64,000 bases of DNA from IMG/VR virus record IMGVR_UViG_3300043414_000372, positions 1 to 64,000 of that record. One strand, 5' to 3'. The position numbers and the translations under genes are program-made. This document shows positions 18,060-27,270 of this stretch, piece after piece; within the stretch, counting starts at the first letter, position 1; each line of letters starts with the position of its first letter. The notes below the pieces were generated by a model that made no database searches, was not told the DNA's origin, and saw only the letters and a list, made by a program, of their open reading frames with translations. The DNA is from a virus. Taxonomy: Duplodnaviria; Caudoviricetes.

Positions 18060-18143
18060 AATATGCTCACTTTATAGTCCACGGTAGCGAATCGTTTTCT
18101 AAACCCAGCAGCCGGGTCACACGGTCCTAAGGTAGGTGTGTTC
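18060..18143 (-). ncRNA. Candidate structured RNA (unassigned)
   Basis: GC-rich intergenic stretch with three possible stems (CACAC/GUGUG, ACCC/GGGU, UUCGCU/AGUGAG); no family recognised. Confidence 0.25.
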
Positions 18144-18596
18144 TTACCAAGAACTTTCTTTAAGTTCCATGGTGTGTGTATCAAATCTTTTTAATCGTGC
18201 TAAGAATTCATTAGATTCTTCTGATACTATTCCAGTTAGTTGTAGTATGATTCTATCAGAAGCACCTGCATTTGCGCTAGCATAAGAAGTTTTGTGCCAA
18301 TCAACACTATATACATCTCCTGCACTCCATCCAGTATGAATGTCTTTGTCAAAGCAATAGAAATGCCCTGGTTCCCAATCTGTTAAATGAATACAGATTC
18401 TTTTAATAGTAAAGGGATTATCTAAATTATAATGTTCTAAATTGTCTTTAATGAAAGGGGTTACTTTATTTGGTTTTTGTATATCCAAATTAATATTACA
18501 ATCTCTAAGTTTGAATAGATTGCTTATTTGTTGAAGTAAAGTATCATTGATATTACTCCAATCACCCACGAGTTTGCCTAATTTTGTGATGTTCAT
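18144..18596 (-). CDS. Hypothetical protein, cupin/hydroxylase-like C-terminus
   Basis: HLTDWEPGHF...WSAGDVY...WH...SANAG..DRIILQLTG. Confidence 0.5.
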   Translation of the reverse strand: MNITKLGKLVGDWSNINDTLLQQISNLFKLRDCNINLDIQKPNKVTPFIKDNLEHYNLDNPFTIKRICIHLTDWEPGHFYCFDKDIHTGWSAGDVYSVDWHKTSYASANAGASDRIILQLTGIVSEESNEFLARLKRFDTHTMELKESSW

Positions 18597-18629
18597 ACTG
18601 ATATTTAGTATGATATATTGGTGTTAATA

Positions 18630-19445
18630 TTAATCATCATCCTTACCACATTTGGCTCTCTTAGCTTGTGTAAGAGCACCAAAGTCAACTGGCCATTCTT
18701 GGCCTGGAGACAATTCTTTAGCACCTTGGGGAAATCCAAAATGCACACCTGCTGCTTGTTGAATCTGTGCTACAGATAATCTAAACTTAGTTAAGTCATT
18801 ACCCAAGTTAGGATAAGGAGCAACGTGGGGGAATGCCCATCCTGCTATTTCTTTGGTTTGATTATTGATAACAATTTTATAATAACCATGCGGAACAACA
18901 ACACCGTTGCCGATTTTCTTATCTTGTGCATTATATACTCCACCAACATAAACTGTGTATGGTTGATTACGCTGAACTGCCCAACCACGCACACTTGTTT
19001 CTAATAGTTTCCATATGCCACGATTCAATGAACCAGCTTGTGGGGCCATGTTAGTCATTAAGAATGATTCAAACTCAACTTGAACATCCCATGATAGATC
19101 ACCGTCCGGACTCATATGTCCTTTATCGTAACCTGTACCAGCATAATCATCTGGCTTAGGACCGTTTGATATTGATTGATCAGCAGCAAAAGCATTAGTT
19201 CTACCCACGCATCCTAGTGCGTTTTGCGGCATTAATTCATATGTTACATACTTTGGTAATTTTGCAATAGGATCATATCCAACTAGATATGCTTGACGGC
19301 AAATGGGCTGTACTGCTATTGCCGTTTGGGGGAATCCGTATGGGGCGTGTACTTGACATTGTTGAGGTGGATTTGGTGCTCGTTGTGTCCAAGCGGATGA
19401 GGCAAAAGATGTTGCCATTAACAACAATGCTAATAATTTTTTCAT
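18630..19445 (-). CDS. DNA/RNA non-specific endonuclease (NucA-like) with Sec signal peptide
   Basis: MKKLLALLLMATSFASSA signal; YDKGHMSP, NMAPQ, LNRGIW beta-beta-alpha-Me motifs. Confidence 0.9.
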   Translation of the reverse strand: MKKLLALLLMATSFASSAWTQRAPNPPQQCQVHAPYGFPQTAIAVQPICRQAYLVGYDPIAKLPKYVTYELMPQNALGCVGRTNAFAADQSISNGPKPDDYAGTGYDKGHMSPDGDLSWDVQVEFESFLMTNMAPQAGSLNRGIWKLLETSVRGWAVQRNQPYTVYVGGVYNAQDKKIGNGVVVPHGYYKIVINNQTKEIAGWAFPHVAPYPNLGNDLTKFRLSVAQIQQAAGVHFGFPQGAKELSPGQEWPVDFGALTQAKRAKCGKDDD

Positions 19446-19447
19446 GT

Positions 19448-20212
19448 TTAACTTACTTTAAATAATTTTGAATATTCTGCAAAATTTTGTTGTCTATCTT
19501 TTAATCCCTGTAAAGCTGGATTAATCTTATGTGTTACTGTTTTTGTATCTGCAAAGTTTGTAATATTTTTAGTTTTATTTTGCCAAAACCATACAGCAAT
19601 CTTTGCAGCATTTGCAGGATCAGCCGCTAGCTGTGGTTTATTTACCAAATCAAGTCCTAATGCTTGTCCTGCCATGCGATAGTTATCACGCCCAGTTAAT
19701 TGAATATAACCTCTACCATGATAACGTTCTCCGTCACCCGCATGCTTGTTGCCTAATATCTTTGCAGTCTTTGGAGCAAATTCTGGATCATATTTTTGTT
19801 TATAGTAATTACTACCACCCCTCTCATCCATATGAGTAAAGTCAAAACTCTCATGCTTTAATTGTGCTAAGAATTGTGCTAGTTCTGCTCCTTTAATGCC
19901 AGCCTGTGTTGCTACATTAGCTAAGTATTTCTCTGTACCATCTAGCATTGAAGCAGGTGCTTGTTGAGTGATAGTAGGTTGGTGTGCTAACTGAGATTGA
20001 GGTACGGTCTGTGTACCCATAGAGCCATGCGCTCCTAATGCTCCTAATGCCAATGCTCCGCCTGCAGCCCATTGTTTCCAACCTTCTTCTAAATCTTCTT
20101 CAGATAGATCGGCTGGATTGTAGCCTTGCTCAACTAGATGACGATAGTATTCATCACCTGTCCAACGTGAACCTTGTTCACCGTATTCAGTTATAAATTC
20201 TTTCGCTCTCAT
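19448..20212 (-). CDS. Glycoside hydrolase family 19 (chitinase-like lysozyme) with N-terminal extension
   Basis: AQFLAQLKHES, YHGRGYIQLTGRDNY, AVWFW, KINPALQG. Confidence 0.88.
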   Translation of the reverse strand: MRAKEFITEYGEQGSRWTGDEYYRHLVEQGYNPADLSEEDLEEGWKQWAAGGALALGALGAHGSMGTQTVPQSQLAHQPTITQQAPASMLDGTEKYLANVATQAGIKGAELAQFLAQLKHESFDFTHMDERGGSNYYKQKYDPEFAPKTAKILGNKHAGDGERYHGRGYIQLTGRDNYRMAGQALGLDLVNKPQLAADPANAAKIAVWFWQNKTKNITNFADTKTVTHKINPALQGLKDRQQNFAEYSKLFKVS

Positions 20213-20652
20213 TATGCGCGGGCTTTCTTTAGAACACTACGAATCATCCATTGATGTTTTTCGTGAGCATCTAACCTTTCAGCGATAAAGTTAGCAATAC
20301 CTTGTTTGTTTTCTTGTGTAGCTGAAGCAAAGCAATGATTAAGTAATTCAATCATTCTAGCGTTATCCTCAAACAATTCAGCAAACATTAATTCAGCACG
20401 TGGGATTTTAAGTTGGTCTTGAATGATAGTTAATTCAGCATAGCGTGTTAAGCTGCCGGGTGCATAACTATCCAATGTACGAATATATTCAGCAATTTTA
20501 TCTACTGCGCTGTATACTTCTTCATAGAAGTTGCCAAAGAATTCGTGATATTGAGGGAAGTTGTCGCCCTCTACATTCCAATGAAAGTTTTGTGCCTTGA
20601 TGGACAATGAGTTAACACTTGCCAATAATACTTTTAAATCTTCTGTTAACAT
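20212..20652 (-). CDS. dps: Dps-family ferritin-like protein
   Basis: FHWNVEG..F..YHEFF, DKIAEYIR, HEKHQWMIRS. Confidence 0.92.
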   Translation of the reverse strand: MLTEDLKVLLASVNSLSIKAQNFHWNVEGDNFPQYHEFFGNFYEEVYSAVDKIAEYIRTLDSYAPGSLTRYAELTIIQDQLKIPRAELMFAELFEDNARMIELLNHCFASATQENKQGIANFIAERLDAHEKHQWMIRSVLKKARA

Positions 20653-20654
20653 AA

Positions 20655-21245
20655 TTATCCTTTTATTCCTTTAAAGATGGCTGATTCATTTGGTACACAA
20701 TTGTTTACTCTAACTCCGCCTTTCATCTTAGTTCCTTCTTTATGCTTGCCTGTCCAGCATTTAGGATCTAAACGTACTTTTTCTTCATCAATATTAGGAT
20801 TATTAATTTGTTCTGCTACACTATTCAAATGGTCATTACTTGTAGTAACATAACTATACATCCAACCATCTAAACTTACACCCTTATCTAATTGATTTTT
20901 AATATGAATAGCATTTTTAATAATTTCACGGATCTCGCCTTGCGCCATACCATCAATTTGGTCATCCTCAGTTGTTAATGTACCAATGCGTCTTTGGCCA
21001 GAACTTTTGAACATATCATTAGTTTCTTCATATGTACTGGGTGAGGGTAAGCCAACTCCTTCTTCAACTTTCTTTTCATCATTGGCAAATTGTTTCTTAG
21101 TTGCTTTTACAATGCCACTAAAACGCTTGTTGCCTTTTTTGAAGTCACCTTCACTATCTGCTTTACTAGCATCGGCTGAGGCAGCAGTTTTGTATTGTGC
21201 TAACTTTTCGTTAGATAGTTCTGTTAGAAAATCTGTTGGTTTCAT
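20655..21245 (-). CDS. Mosaic putative head internal protein
   Basis: Start re-set to MKPTDFLTE; short modules separated by xxE linkers; ends with CWTG...GVRVNNCVP motif. Confidence 0.55.
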   Translation of the reverse strand: MKPTDFLTELSNEKLAQYKTAASADASKADSEGDFKKGNKRFSGIVKATKKQFANDEKKVEEGVGLPSPSTYEETNDMFKSSGQRRIGTLTTEDDQIDGMAQGEIREIIKNAIHIKNQLDKGVSLDGWMYSYVTTSNDHLNSVAEQINNPNIDEEKVRLDPKCWTGKHKEGTKMKGGVRVNNCVPNESAIFKGIKG

Positions 21246-21246
21246 A

Positions 21247-22608
21247 TTATTTCTTCTTATAACCTTCACTTACCTTTTTCTTAGCAGCATCCCATGCAGC
21301 ATCAGTTTTTACATTGTGTTCTTTACCACCAGCACCAATATCAGCAATTCTGCTACCAATATCTTTTTTAGTTTGTACTACGGCTTTGTTGTGCTTGTCT
21401 ACTTTACCTTGTAGCTTTTTAGCAAAGTCAATTTTGCCTTCCGCCACACCTTGCTCACTACCTTGATCCATATACCATTTAAGAATTCTTAACAACTCAG
21501 TAAGTGCTTCTTTTCCTTCAGGATCACTACAGTAGTTTTTAGCCATTCTAGCCAAGTTGTACATTGTTTGCAAGTTGCCAGTGCTTACATCACCTTCATT
21601 CATACCTATCTTACGCATCACCGCTGGAGAAGCGATTTTAGAAGCGATATTTTGTATCGTTTCTTTTTTTCTTACTTGTCCTGCCCTATTGTCCATTTTT
21701 TGTGATACATTATCATAATGTTTTGCTAATGGATTCATATAGCCTCCACCTAATGCATCATGTAACTTGGGCTCCATTGCTTGATTACGTTTGTCTGTAG
21801 CAGCCTGTGCGGCTCTTCCCAAAAGACCAGAACTAAGTTCATTAATATTTTGCTGACCGTACATATCATGAATTTGGTCAATATAGAAACTATAAAAGCC
21901 ACGGCGTTCATTATATGCTCTATCGCCTAATACTCTTTTTACTGCTAGTACAGCATCACTTACTTCTGGACCCTTCATTACTCGTAATGCGTCGGTAACA
22001 AGTGAATCAACTCTTTGTGAGCCTTCGTTCATGGCATCACTATCATGTTGCATCTCTTGACTACTGATTAGATAATCCATGACACTAACCATCATGCCTT
22101 TTGCTGCACCAATCTTCTCTGATACCCACTCAGGGAATTCAGATTGCGTAGATAATCTCTTATCTAAATCACTAGCAGCACGGGCGATAGTGTGTAAACT
22201 ATTCTTTAGTGTCTCACCTTCATGTTCACCTTGATCTAAATCATGCTTAACAAATCCAGTTCTTTTTAATCTGCCCTGCCCAGGAATAACAATCAAATCT
22301 TGTTCTGAAAGATCATCTTCATTAACTTTCTTCATATCGGATCTAGCTTCAGATTTACTTATTTTATGTTTTTTCTCAAAATCATAAGAAGTTAGGTCTT
22401 TTAAATCTTTATTAATTTCTTTGATTTTGCTTTCCGCAATGCTATTAGCGTAAGGACCTTTCTTTTTGGCCTTGCCCTTGATTACTTGTTGTACAGGTTT
22501 TAGTCCACGAACATTAGTATCTTCACGGGTTTGAGTCATCATAGGCTGTGCTACGGTTGCGACTGATCCTGCTGTTGTGGAATTTTCTATTATTTGCTTA
22601 AATCTCAT
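21247..22608 (-). CDS. Mosaic putative head internal protein
   Basis: MRFKQIIE start; repeated IAE/VNE/MNE/INE/VAE/VSE linkers; late TAAATA at 22632-22637. Confidence 0.55.
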   Translation of the reverse strand: MRFKQIIENSTTAGSVATVAQPMMTQTREDTNVRGLKPVQQVIKGKAKKKGPYANSIAESKIKEINKDLKDLTSYDFEKKHKISKSEARSDMKKVNEDDLSEQDLIVIPGQGRLKRTGFVKHDLDQGEHEGETLKNSLHTIARAASDLDKRLSTQSEFPEWVSEKIGAAKGMMVSVMDYLISSQEMQHDSDAMNEGSQRVDSLVTDALRVMKGPEVSDAVLAVKRVLGDRAYNERRGFYSFYIDQIHDMYGQQNINELSSGLLGRAAQAATDKRNQAMEPKLHDALGGGYMNPLAKHYDNVSQKMDNRAGQVRKKETIQNIASKIASPAVMRKIGMNEGDVSTGNLQTMYNLARMAKNYCSDPEGKEALTELLRILKWYMDQGSEQGVAEGKIDFAKKLQGKVDKHNKAVVQTKKDIGSRIADIGAGGKEHNVKTDAAWDAAKKKVSEGYKKK

Positions 22609-22660
22609 GACGGTTTCCCAAAGTTATAGAGTATTTATCAAAATACCACAATATAGAAAC

Positions 22661-24505
22661 TTAATAGATTTTGCCGTTTGCTTTAGCAGTTGGGGGAATT
22701 CCTGCTCTACTAGTGTTCCAATAGAAGGCTTTTGCGTTCTTTTTGATAGAATCTGGATGTACATCTACTGTTAATGCGGTGCTATATCTAGGATCATTTT
22801 TTTGTTTTTCACTTGGAATATACCCGCTAGCTTCACTTATTCCACCACGATATTGATTATCTTTAATGCCAGCATAAGGACTTACTACTGGAGTCTTTTC
22901 CGCAGCAAATTGCATGGTGTAATGCTCATCTACAGTTTTCTTCAAAAAAGTATCAGCAAAATATTTACATTGCTGGTTAAGGTCTTTGTCACTAGTTTCT
23001 ATGATATCAAACTGCCTGCTATCATTATCTTGGGTAGGATCCATATATCCGCAATAGACTTTTTTGATGCCTTTGCTGTTTATGTAATCGGTGCAACTCT
23101 CACCGAATCTTTCATCAGAAGTTCTATCATCATATTCGTTGCAAGGGCTTAATGTAGTTACTATAATACTACCTTCTGGCACTTCACCGTACTTGTTTTC
23201 ATATGTGTCAATAGCATTATGTTCAGCATGAATCCATCTACCGTGTTTGTCTTTGCTTGTTTTTGCTACTATTCTGTCATCAGGATCAATAATACAAGCA
23301 GCAACGGCATGTTCCCCTGTCTTTTCTTTTATTTCTTTTTTAACAATGTTACATAACTTATACAAAATTTCATCTAATTTTGAATTGTGATTTTCTTTAT
23401 CTTCCGCTACATTTTGCTGATTTGGTTGTTTAAATACACTATATATTTTCTGTGTATCAATACCCTTTACTCCATTTGCTTGTAATACATTTGCCACAAA
23501 TGTTCCGCAATTTTCTGCTCCTACTGAGTTAGTTGTAGGAACTGATATTGGTTTTGATAATGATACAATTTTAATATTCTGTTTAGGAAACTCCGGATCA
23601 TCTGTAACTGCGTTAGTAACATACACATCATTACCTTTATGCCCACTCATCTGTATTTGTTTTCCATCTTGTGTTATAAATCCAACATGATCATAACTCC
23701 AGCCTTTGGGTGTTTTATTACTACGAGCAAAGAATATTTTATTTGCTATTGTATTATTTTCTTTCCCTTCATCCTCATCAATGTTCTGATACATAGTTTC
23801 AACGGTCAATATCTCACTATGTAACTTGTCTCTTAAATCATATAACTTTGTTATATATCCCTGACTACGCAACATCTTATATGCTAAATTCTCGGGACCA
23901 AACTCACCACCTTTATCTAAACCTGCTTGTCTATATCTTTTGATTGTGTCTATTATATGTTTTACTTTACTATACTTTTTGGACTTGAGGGCTATCTCTA
24001 TTAAACCTAATAACTTTTCATATTTGCTTTTGGTGGCGGTCTGGTCAAAATCACTTCTACGTTTAGTGGGTATTTTTATCCACTGGTCATTCATTACACT
24101 ATATTCACCTAAACTTACAACAGGTTGTCTACTGTCTTGTACATATAATTCTACTGGAATTTTATGAATCGTTATATCATGTGTATCATTGTATATTGTT
24201 TTCTTTGCTGTAAATAATTCTCTATATACTTCATCAACAGGTAAATTACCCATGTCTACTAATATATGTAAATCTAAGTCGCTATATTTTGTGTAACTGT
24301 ATGCAGCATTGCTACCTGATATTGTAATGTCATTTACATCTAAATCATTTACTCCCAATTCTTGTAAGAAATCTTCTGCTATTTTAAGTAGTTGTTCTCT
24401 AACTTCAGGTCGCAATTTTGTTCCATTCCATAACTTAGGGTTAAGTTTGTCGTGGAATGTTACTGCGTCACTTAGTTTAAAACTATTAAGTTCTTTTAGG
24501 TTCAT
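22661..24505 (-). CDS. Multidomain protein: Pol-beta nucleotidyltransferase + permuted papain-like (NlpC/P60-type) domain + Zn-dependent deaminase
   Basis: GS..YSDLDLH and VELYVQD; HVG (23681-23689) then NCGTFV (23507); HAE (23222-23230) and TLSPC...C. Confidence 0.72.
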   Translation of the reverse strand: MNLKELNSFKLSDAVTFHDKLNPKLWNGTKLRPEVREQLLKIAEDFLQELGVNDLDVNDITISGSNAAYSYTKYSDLDLHILVDMGNLPVDEVYRELFTAKKTIYNDTHDITIHKIPVELYVQDSRQPVVSLGEYSVMNDQWIKIPTKRRSDFDQTATKSKYEKLLGLIEIALKSKKYSKVKHIIDTIKRYRQAGLDKGGEFGPENLAYKMLRSQGYITKLYDLRDKLHSEILTVETMYQNIDEDEGKENNTIANKIFFARSNKTPKGWSYDHVGFITQDGKQIQMSGHKGNDVYVTNAVTDDPEFPKQNIKIVSLSKPISVPTTNSVGAENCGTFVANVLQANGVKGIDTQKIYSVFKQPNQQNVAEDKENHNSKLDEILYKLCNIVKKEIKEKTGEHAVAACIIDPDDRIVAKTSKDKHGRWIHAEHNAIDTYENKYGEVPEGSIIVTTLSPCNEYDDRTSDERFGESCTDYINSKGIKKVYCGYMDPTQDNDSRQFDIIETSDKDLNQQCKYFADTFLKKTVDEHYTMQFAAEKTPVVSPYAGIKDNQYRGGISEASGYIPSEKQKNDPRYSTALTVDVHPDSIKKNAKAFYWNTSRAGIPPTAKANGKIY

Positions 24506-24569
24506 TTTTGGGGTCAGGCTTCTGTGGTTTAGGGGGATATTTTGGGGGCTTATGTCTAAACCAACTCAT
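24486..24569 (-). CDS. 27-aa Pro/Lys-rich upstream micro-ORF (not in ORF track)
   Basis: MSWFRHKPPKYPPKPQKPDPKNEPKRT*; ATG 4 nt after TAAATA; overlaps the start at 24505 out of frame. Confidence 0.45.
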   Translation of the reverse strand: MSWFRHKPPKYPPKPQKPDPKNEPKRT

Positions 24570-24589
24570 ATAGTATTTAGTTTTATATT

Positions 24590-24613
24590 AAAAAAGCCCC
24601 TTTCGGGGCCTTC
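24590..24613 (-). terminator. Intrinsic terminator
   Basis: GAAGGCCCC-GAAA-GGGGC followed by U6, right after the 24614 stop. Confidence 0.85.
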
Positions 24614-25540
24614 TTATGCAGCTTTGACTGATTTAACTTCGTTGCCGTCTTTGTCAACTAGTTTCAATCCCATGCCTTGCTGACGTTCCAAGAACATAGG
24701 TCCAACTGTATTCATCAAATGTTCTTGATTTTCCATACAGAAAACATATGATCCACTGTGACGTAATAGAACACGCTTGTCCATCCAGATACGACCTCCT
24801 AGATCACGCCAGTTTTCACAGAATGTCCAATCTTCACTGTAATAACGATTTTGACGAACCGCAGTGTCAAAATATGTTTTCAAGTGTTGATCAAACTTTG
24901 GATCTAATCCAATGTCGTTCTTGTATTGCTTAACTGCTGGATGAGTTTTCAATTTCTCAAATACATGTTTTTTCATTAACAAGAAACCAGTACCTGCTTT
25001 AGATACTTCTTGCAATCCGTCTGGTCCTTCTTCAGCACCATCAAATCCATTAACTACCCATTTGATAGGCATAGTTTTCATTGGGTACAATCCACCAATA
25101 ACATCTACGTCACGATTTAACAATACTAACAAGTGCCATGGCTCCCAACCAATGTCAGCGTCAACAAAGAATAAGTGTGTTGCGTCTGGCATGTCTAAGA
25201 ACTTAGCAGTTAGTGTGTTACGGGCACGACTGATAAGACTTTCATTTACCATTGTTTCTAATGTCCAGTCAATGTTTAATTGTCGGGCTGTGTTAGCCCA
25301 TTTAATGAAACTCATAAATGTTGATTCAGTCAACATACCACCATAGCAAGGCATAGCGATATGCACTTTGGTTGTACGTAGAAAGTCTACATTTACTTGT
25401 ACTTGTCCGGCTGCGGGTGCTTCAGCAGGAGCATCTGCTGCTTTTGCTGCTTGCTCTGCTGCCGCTTGTTCAGCGATTTCTTGTACCATTTCTACTGGTA
25501 CTGTTTTTTCTTCTGATGCTTTTGATTTCTTTGTTGCCAT
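24614..25540 (-). CDS. GT-A fold glycosyltransferase-like protein
   Basis: IAMPCYGG, ESLISRARN, FFVDADIGW (DxD), GGLYPMK, SEDWTFC, LRHSG. Confidence 0.75.
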   Translation of the reverse strand: MATKKSKASEEKTVPVEMVQEIAEQAAAEQAAKAADAPAEAPAAGQVQVNVDFLRTTKVHIAMPCYGGMLTESTFMSFIKWANTARQLNIDWTLETMVNESLISRARNTLTAKFLDMPDATHLFFVDADIGWEPWHLLVLLNRDVDVIGGLYPMKTMPIKWVVNGFDGAEEGPDGLQEVSKAGTGFLLMKKHVFEKLKTHPAVKQYKNDIGLDPKFDQHLKTYFDTAVRQNRYYSEDWTFCENWRDLGGRIWMDKRVLLRHSGSYVFCMENQEHLMNTVGPMFLERQQGMGLKLVDKDGNEVKSVKAA

Positions 25541-25590
25541 AAGGTCCTCTATTAAGATATAATTATTTACATCAGGAAGAGGGGTACGAA

Positions 25591-27270
25591 TTATTTTTCT
25601 TCTAAATAATCCAGGCTTTCGGGGATATTAGATTCTTCAATAGGCTCAATTGTAGCACCCATCTTCATCTTCTCATTAACTGTCATATTCATATCAGACA
25701 GTATCTTCTGTAAAGCATTTAATCTATTATTAATTGGAACATTAGCTAAGGTATTACGGATACTGCCTGCATCACTGGGTTTGATTTTAGCTAACACATC
25801 ATTAATAATCTTATCAACTACTGCGTTCTGTTGACCGATAATATTGCTTTTTTGTTTTTTTACTGGAGGGGTAACTTCAATTTCTTCAGAGTCCCAATTG
25901 TCTCTTACATAATCTTTATACACTTCTCTATTATGTTCCCAACGCTTTGCTGCTTTAGACAATTCAGGTGAATTAATATGTCTACCTAATCTTTCTAGTA
26001 TCACCGGCAATTCTTTAGCAATTATACTAAATGATTTATGCATATCTACCACACCATGCTTCTCTTTGCCAGATAAGAAATCTTTCAAATCATTTGTTTG
26101 TGATGGGTATGCTTTGCACAAATCGTATAATTCATTCTTAAGTTTATTAATGTACATGTTCTGTGTCCAACGACCACCAATACCTGCTACAATTAATCTG
26201 AATCCTTTATCTAAAGCACCATGATTGTCAACATATTTCTCAGCTTGCATTAGCATATTGTTATATACGCCAGCAATAGGTTCACTAATGTCATTGACAA
26301 CGGCTCTTAATGTAGATTCTTTACTTGTGCTTTCTACCACCGGTTGTTCTCTAAATGAACTAGGGAACAACTCAATATTATATTTTTTAGCCAATCCAAA
26401 TACAACAGGTACTGTAAGCACATGACCGGGCAACATTGCCCAAGCACCTAAACCCAATCCTCTTACAACATCTTTAAGCTGTTCGTTGGCAATATTCATT
26501 TCTTCTTTACTTACAGTTTCACCGTTGGTATAGCGTAGATATGTACCTAACATTAATTTTGATTCTTCAGCTTCTTGGCTTAAACCATTTTTTAATTTTA
26601 GTAACCAATTTTTAATGCCTTCTTTAGTTGGTATCTTGTTTTTAATATCAGTCATTGAAGGCATACTAAATCCCTCATCAACCGTTTCTACACCCATGCC
26701 AGCATCTAATAACTTAGTAACATTTGCTGCTAACTTAGGATTCTGTTGTGTAGCCGGATATAAACTCATTACCATCGCTGTCTTGCGCTTATCATTAAGT
26801 TTAGGCCACATCTCACGAATCTCACTAGCACTAGTAATCCCAGGCCCAAACTCTATGGTCGGTAGATAAGCCATATAAGCGTGTTTACTAAATGGTTGTA
26901 AGTTTTTACCCGTATACGGTTGAAAATAACTAGGACTACCATCTTTCTTTGTGCCACCTGGTTTAGGACTTTCGTTGCGGTCCTTCTCACTACGTACAAA
27001 TATTAATACATCACTATTGGGATCGTATTGACTTGTAATTTCTTCTGCTTTGAATGGACTCTTAACTTGTATAAAATGTCCAGGAGCAACACCTGCTACC
27101 TTAGCAAGTTTTTCTTTAATCGAAAAAGGGAAAGGTCTTTCTTCTTGACTATTAGTAGCAGCCACGTATACATCAGCACCGGGGAAGGCTTTTACTGCTG
27201 CTTGATATAGTGAGGCATGACCCGCATGAAACGGGTGAAAGCCTCCGGGCATCACTACTATTGTACTCAT
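25591..27270 (-). CDS. HxGH nucleotidyltransferase domain fused to LETM1-like and unknown modules
   Basis: PGGFHPFHAGH; central GLGLGAWAMLPG...ELFPSSF segment resembles the LETM1 RBD end; xxE linkers. Confidence 0.6.
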   Translation of the reverse strand: MSTIVVMPGGFHPFHAGHASLYQAAVKAFPGADVYVAATNSQEERPFPFSIKEKLAKVAGVAPGHFIQVKSPFKAEEITSQYDPNSDVLIFVRSEKDRNESPKPGGTKKDGSPSYFQPYTGKNLQPFSKHAYMAYLPTIEFGPGITSASEIREMWPKLNDKRKTAMVMSLYPATQQNPKLAANVTKLLDAGMGVETVDEGFSMPSMTDIKNKIPTKEGIKNWLLKLKNGLSQEAEESKLMLGTYLRYTNGETVSKEEMNIANEQLKDVVRGLGLGAWAMLPGHVLTVPVVFGLAKKYNIELFPSSFREQPVVESTSKESTLRAVVNDISEPIAGVYNNMLMQAEKYVDNHGALDKGFRLIVAGIGGRWTQNMYINKLKNELYDLCKAYPSQTNDLKDFLSGKEKHGVVDMHKSFSIIAKELPVILERLGRHINSPELSKAAKRWEHNREVYKDYVRDNWDSEEIEVTPPVKKQKSNIIGQQNAVVDKIINDVLAKIKPSDAGSIRNTLANVPINNRLNALQKILSDMNMTVNEKMKMGATIEPIEESNIPESLDYLEEK

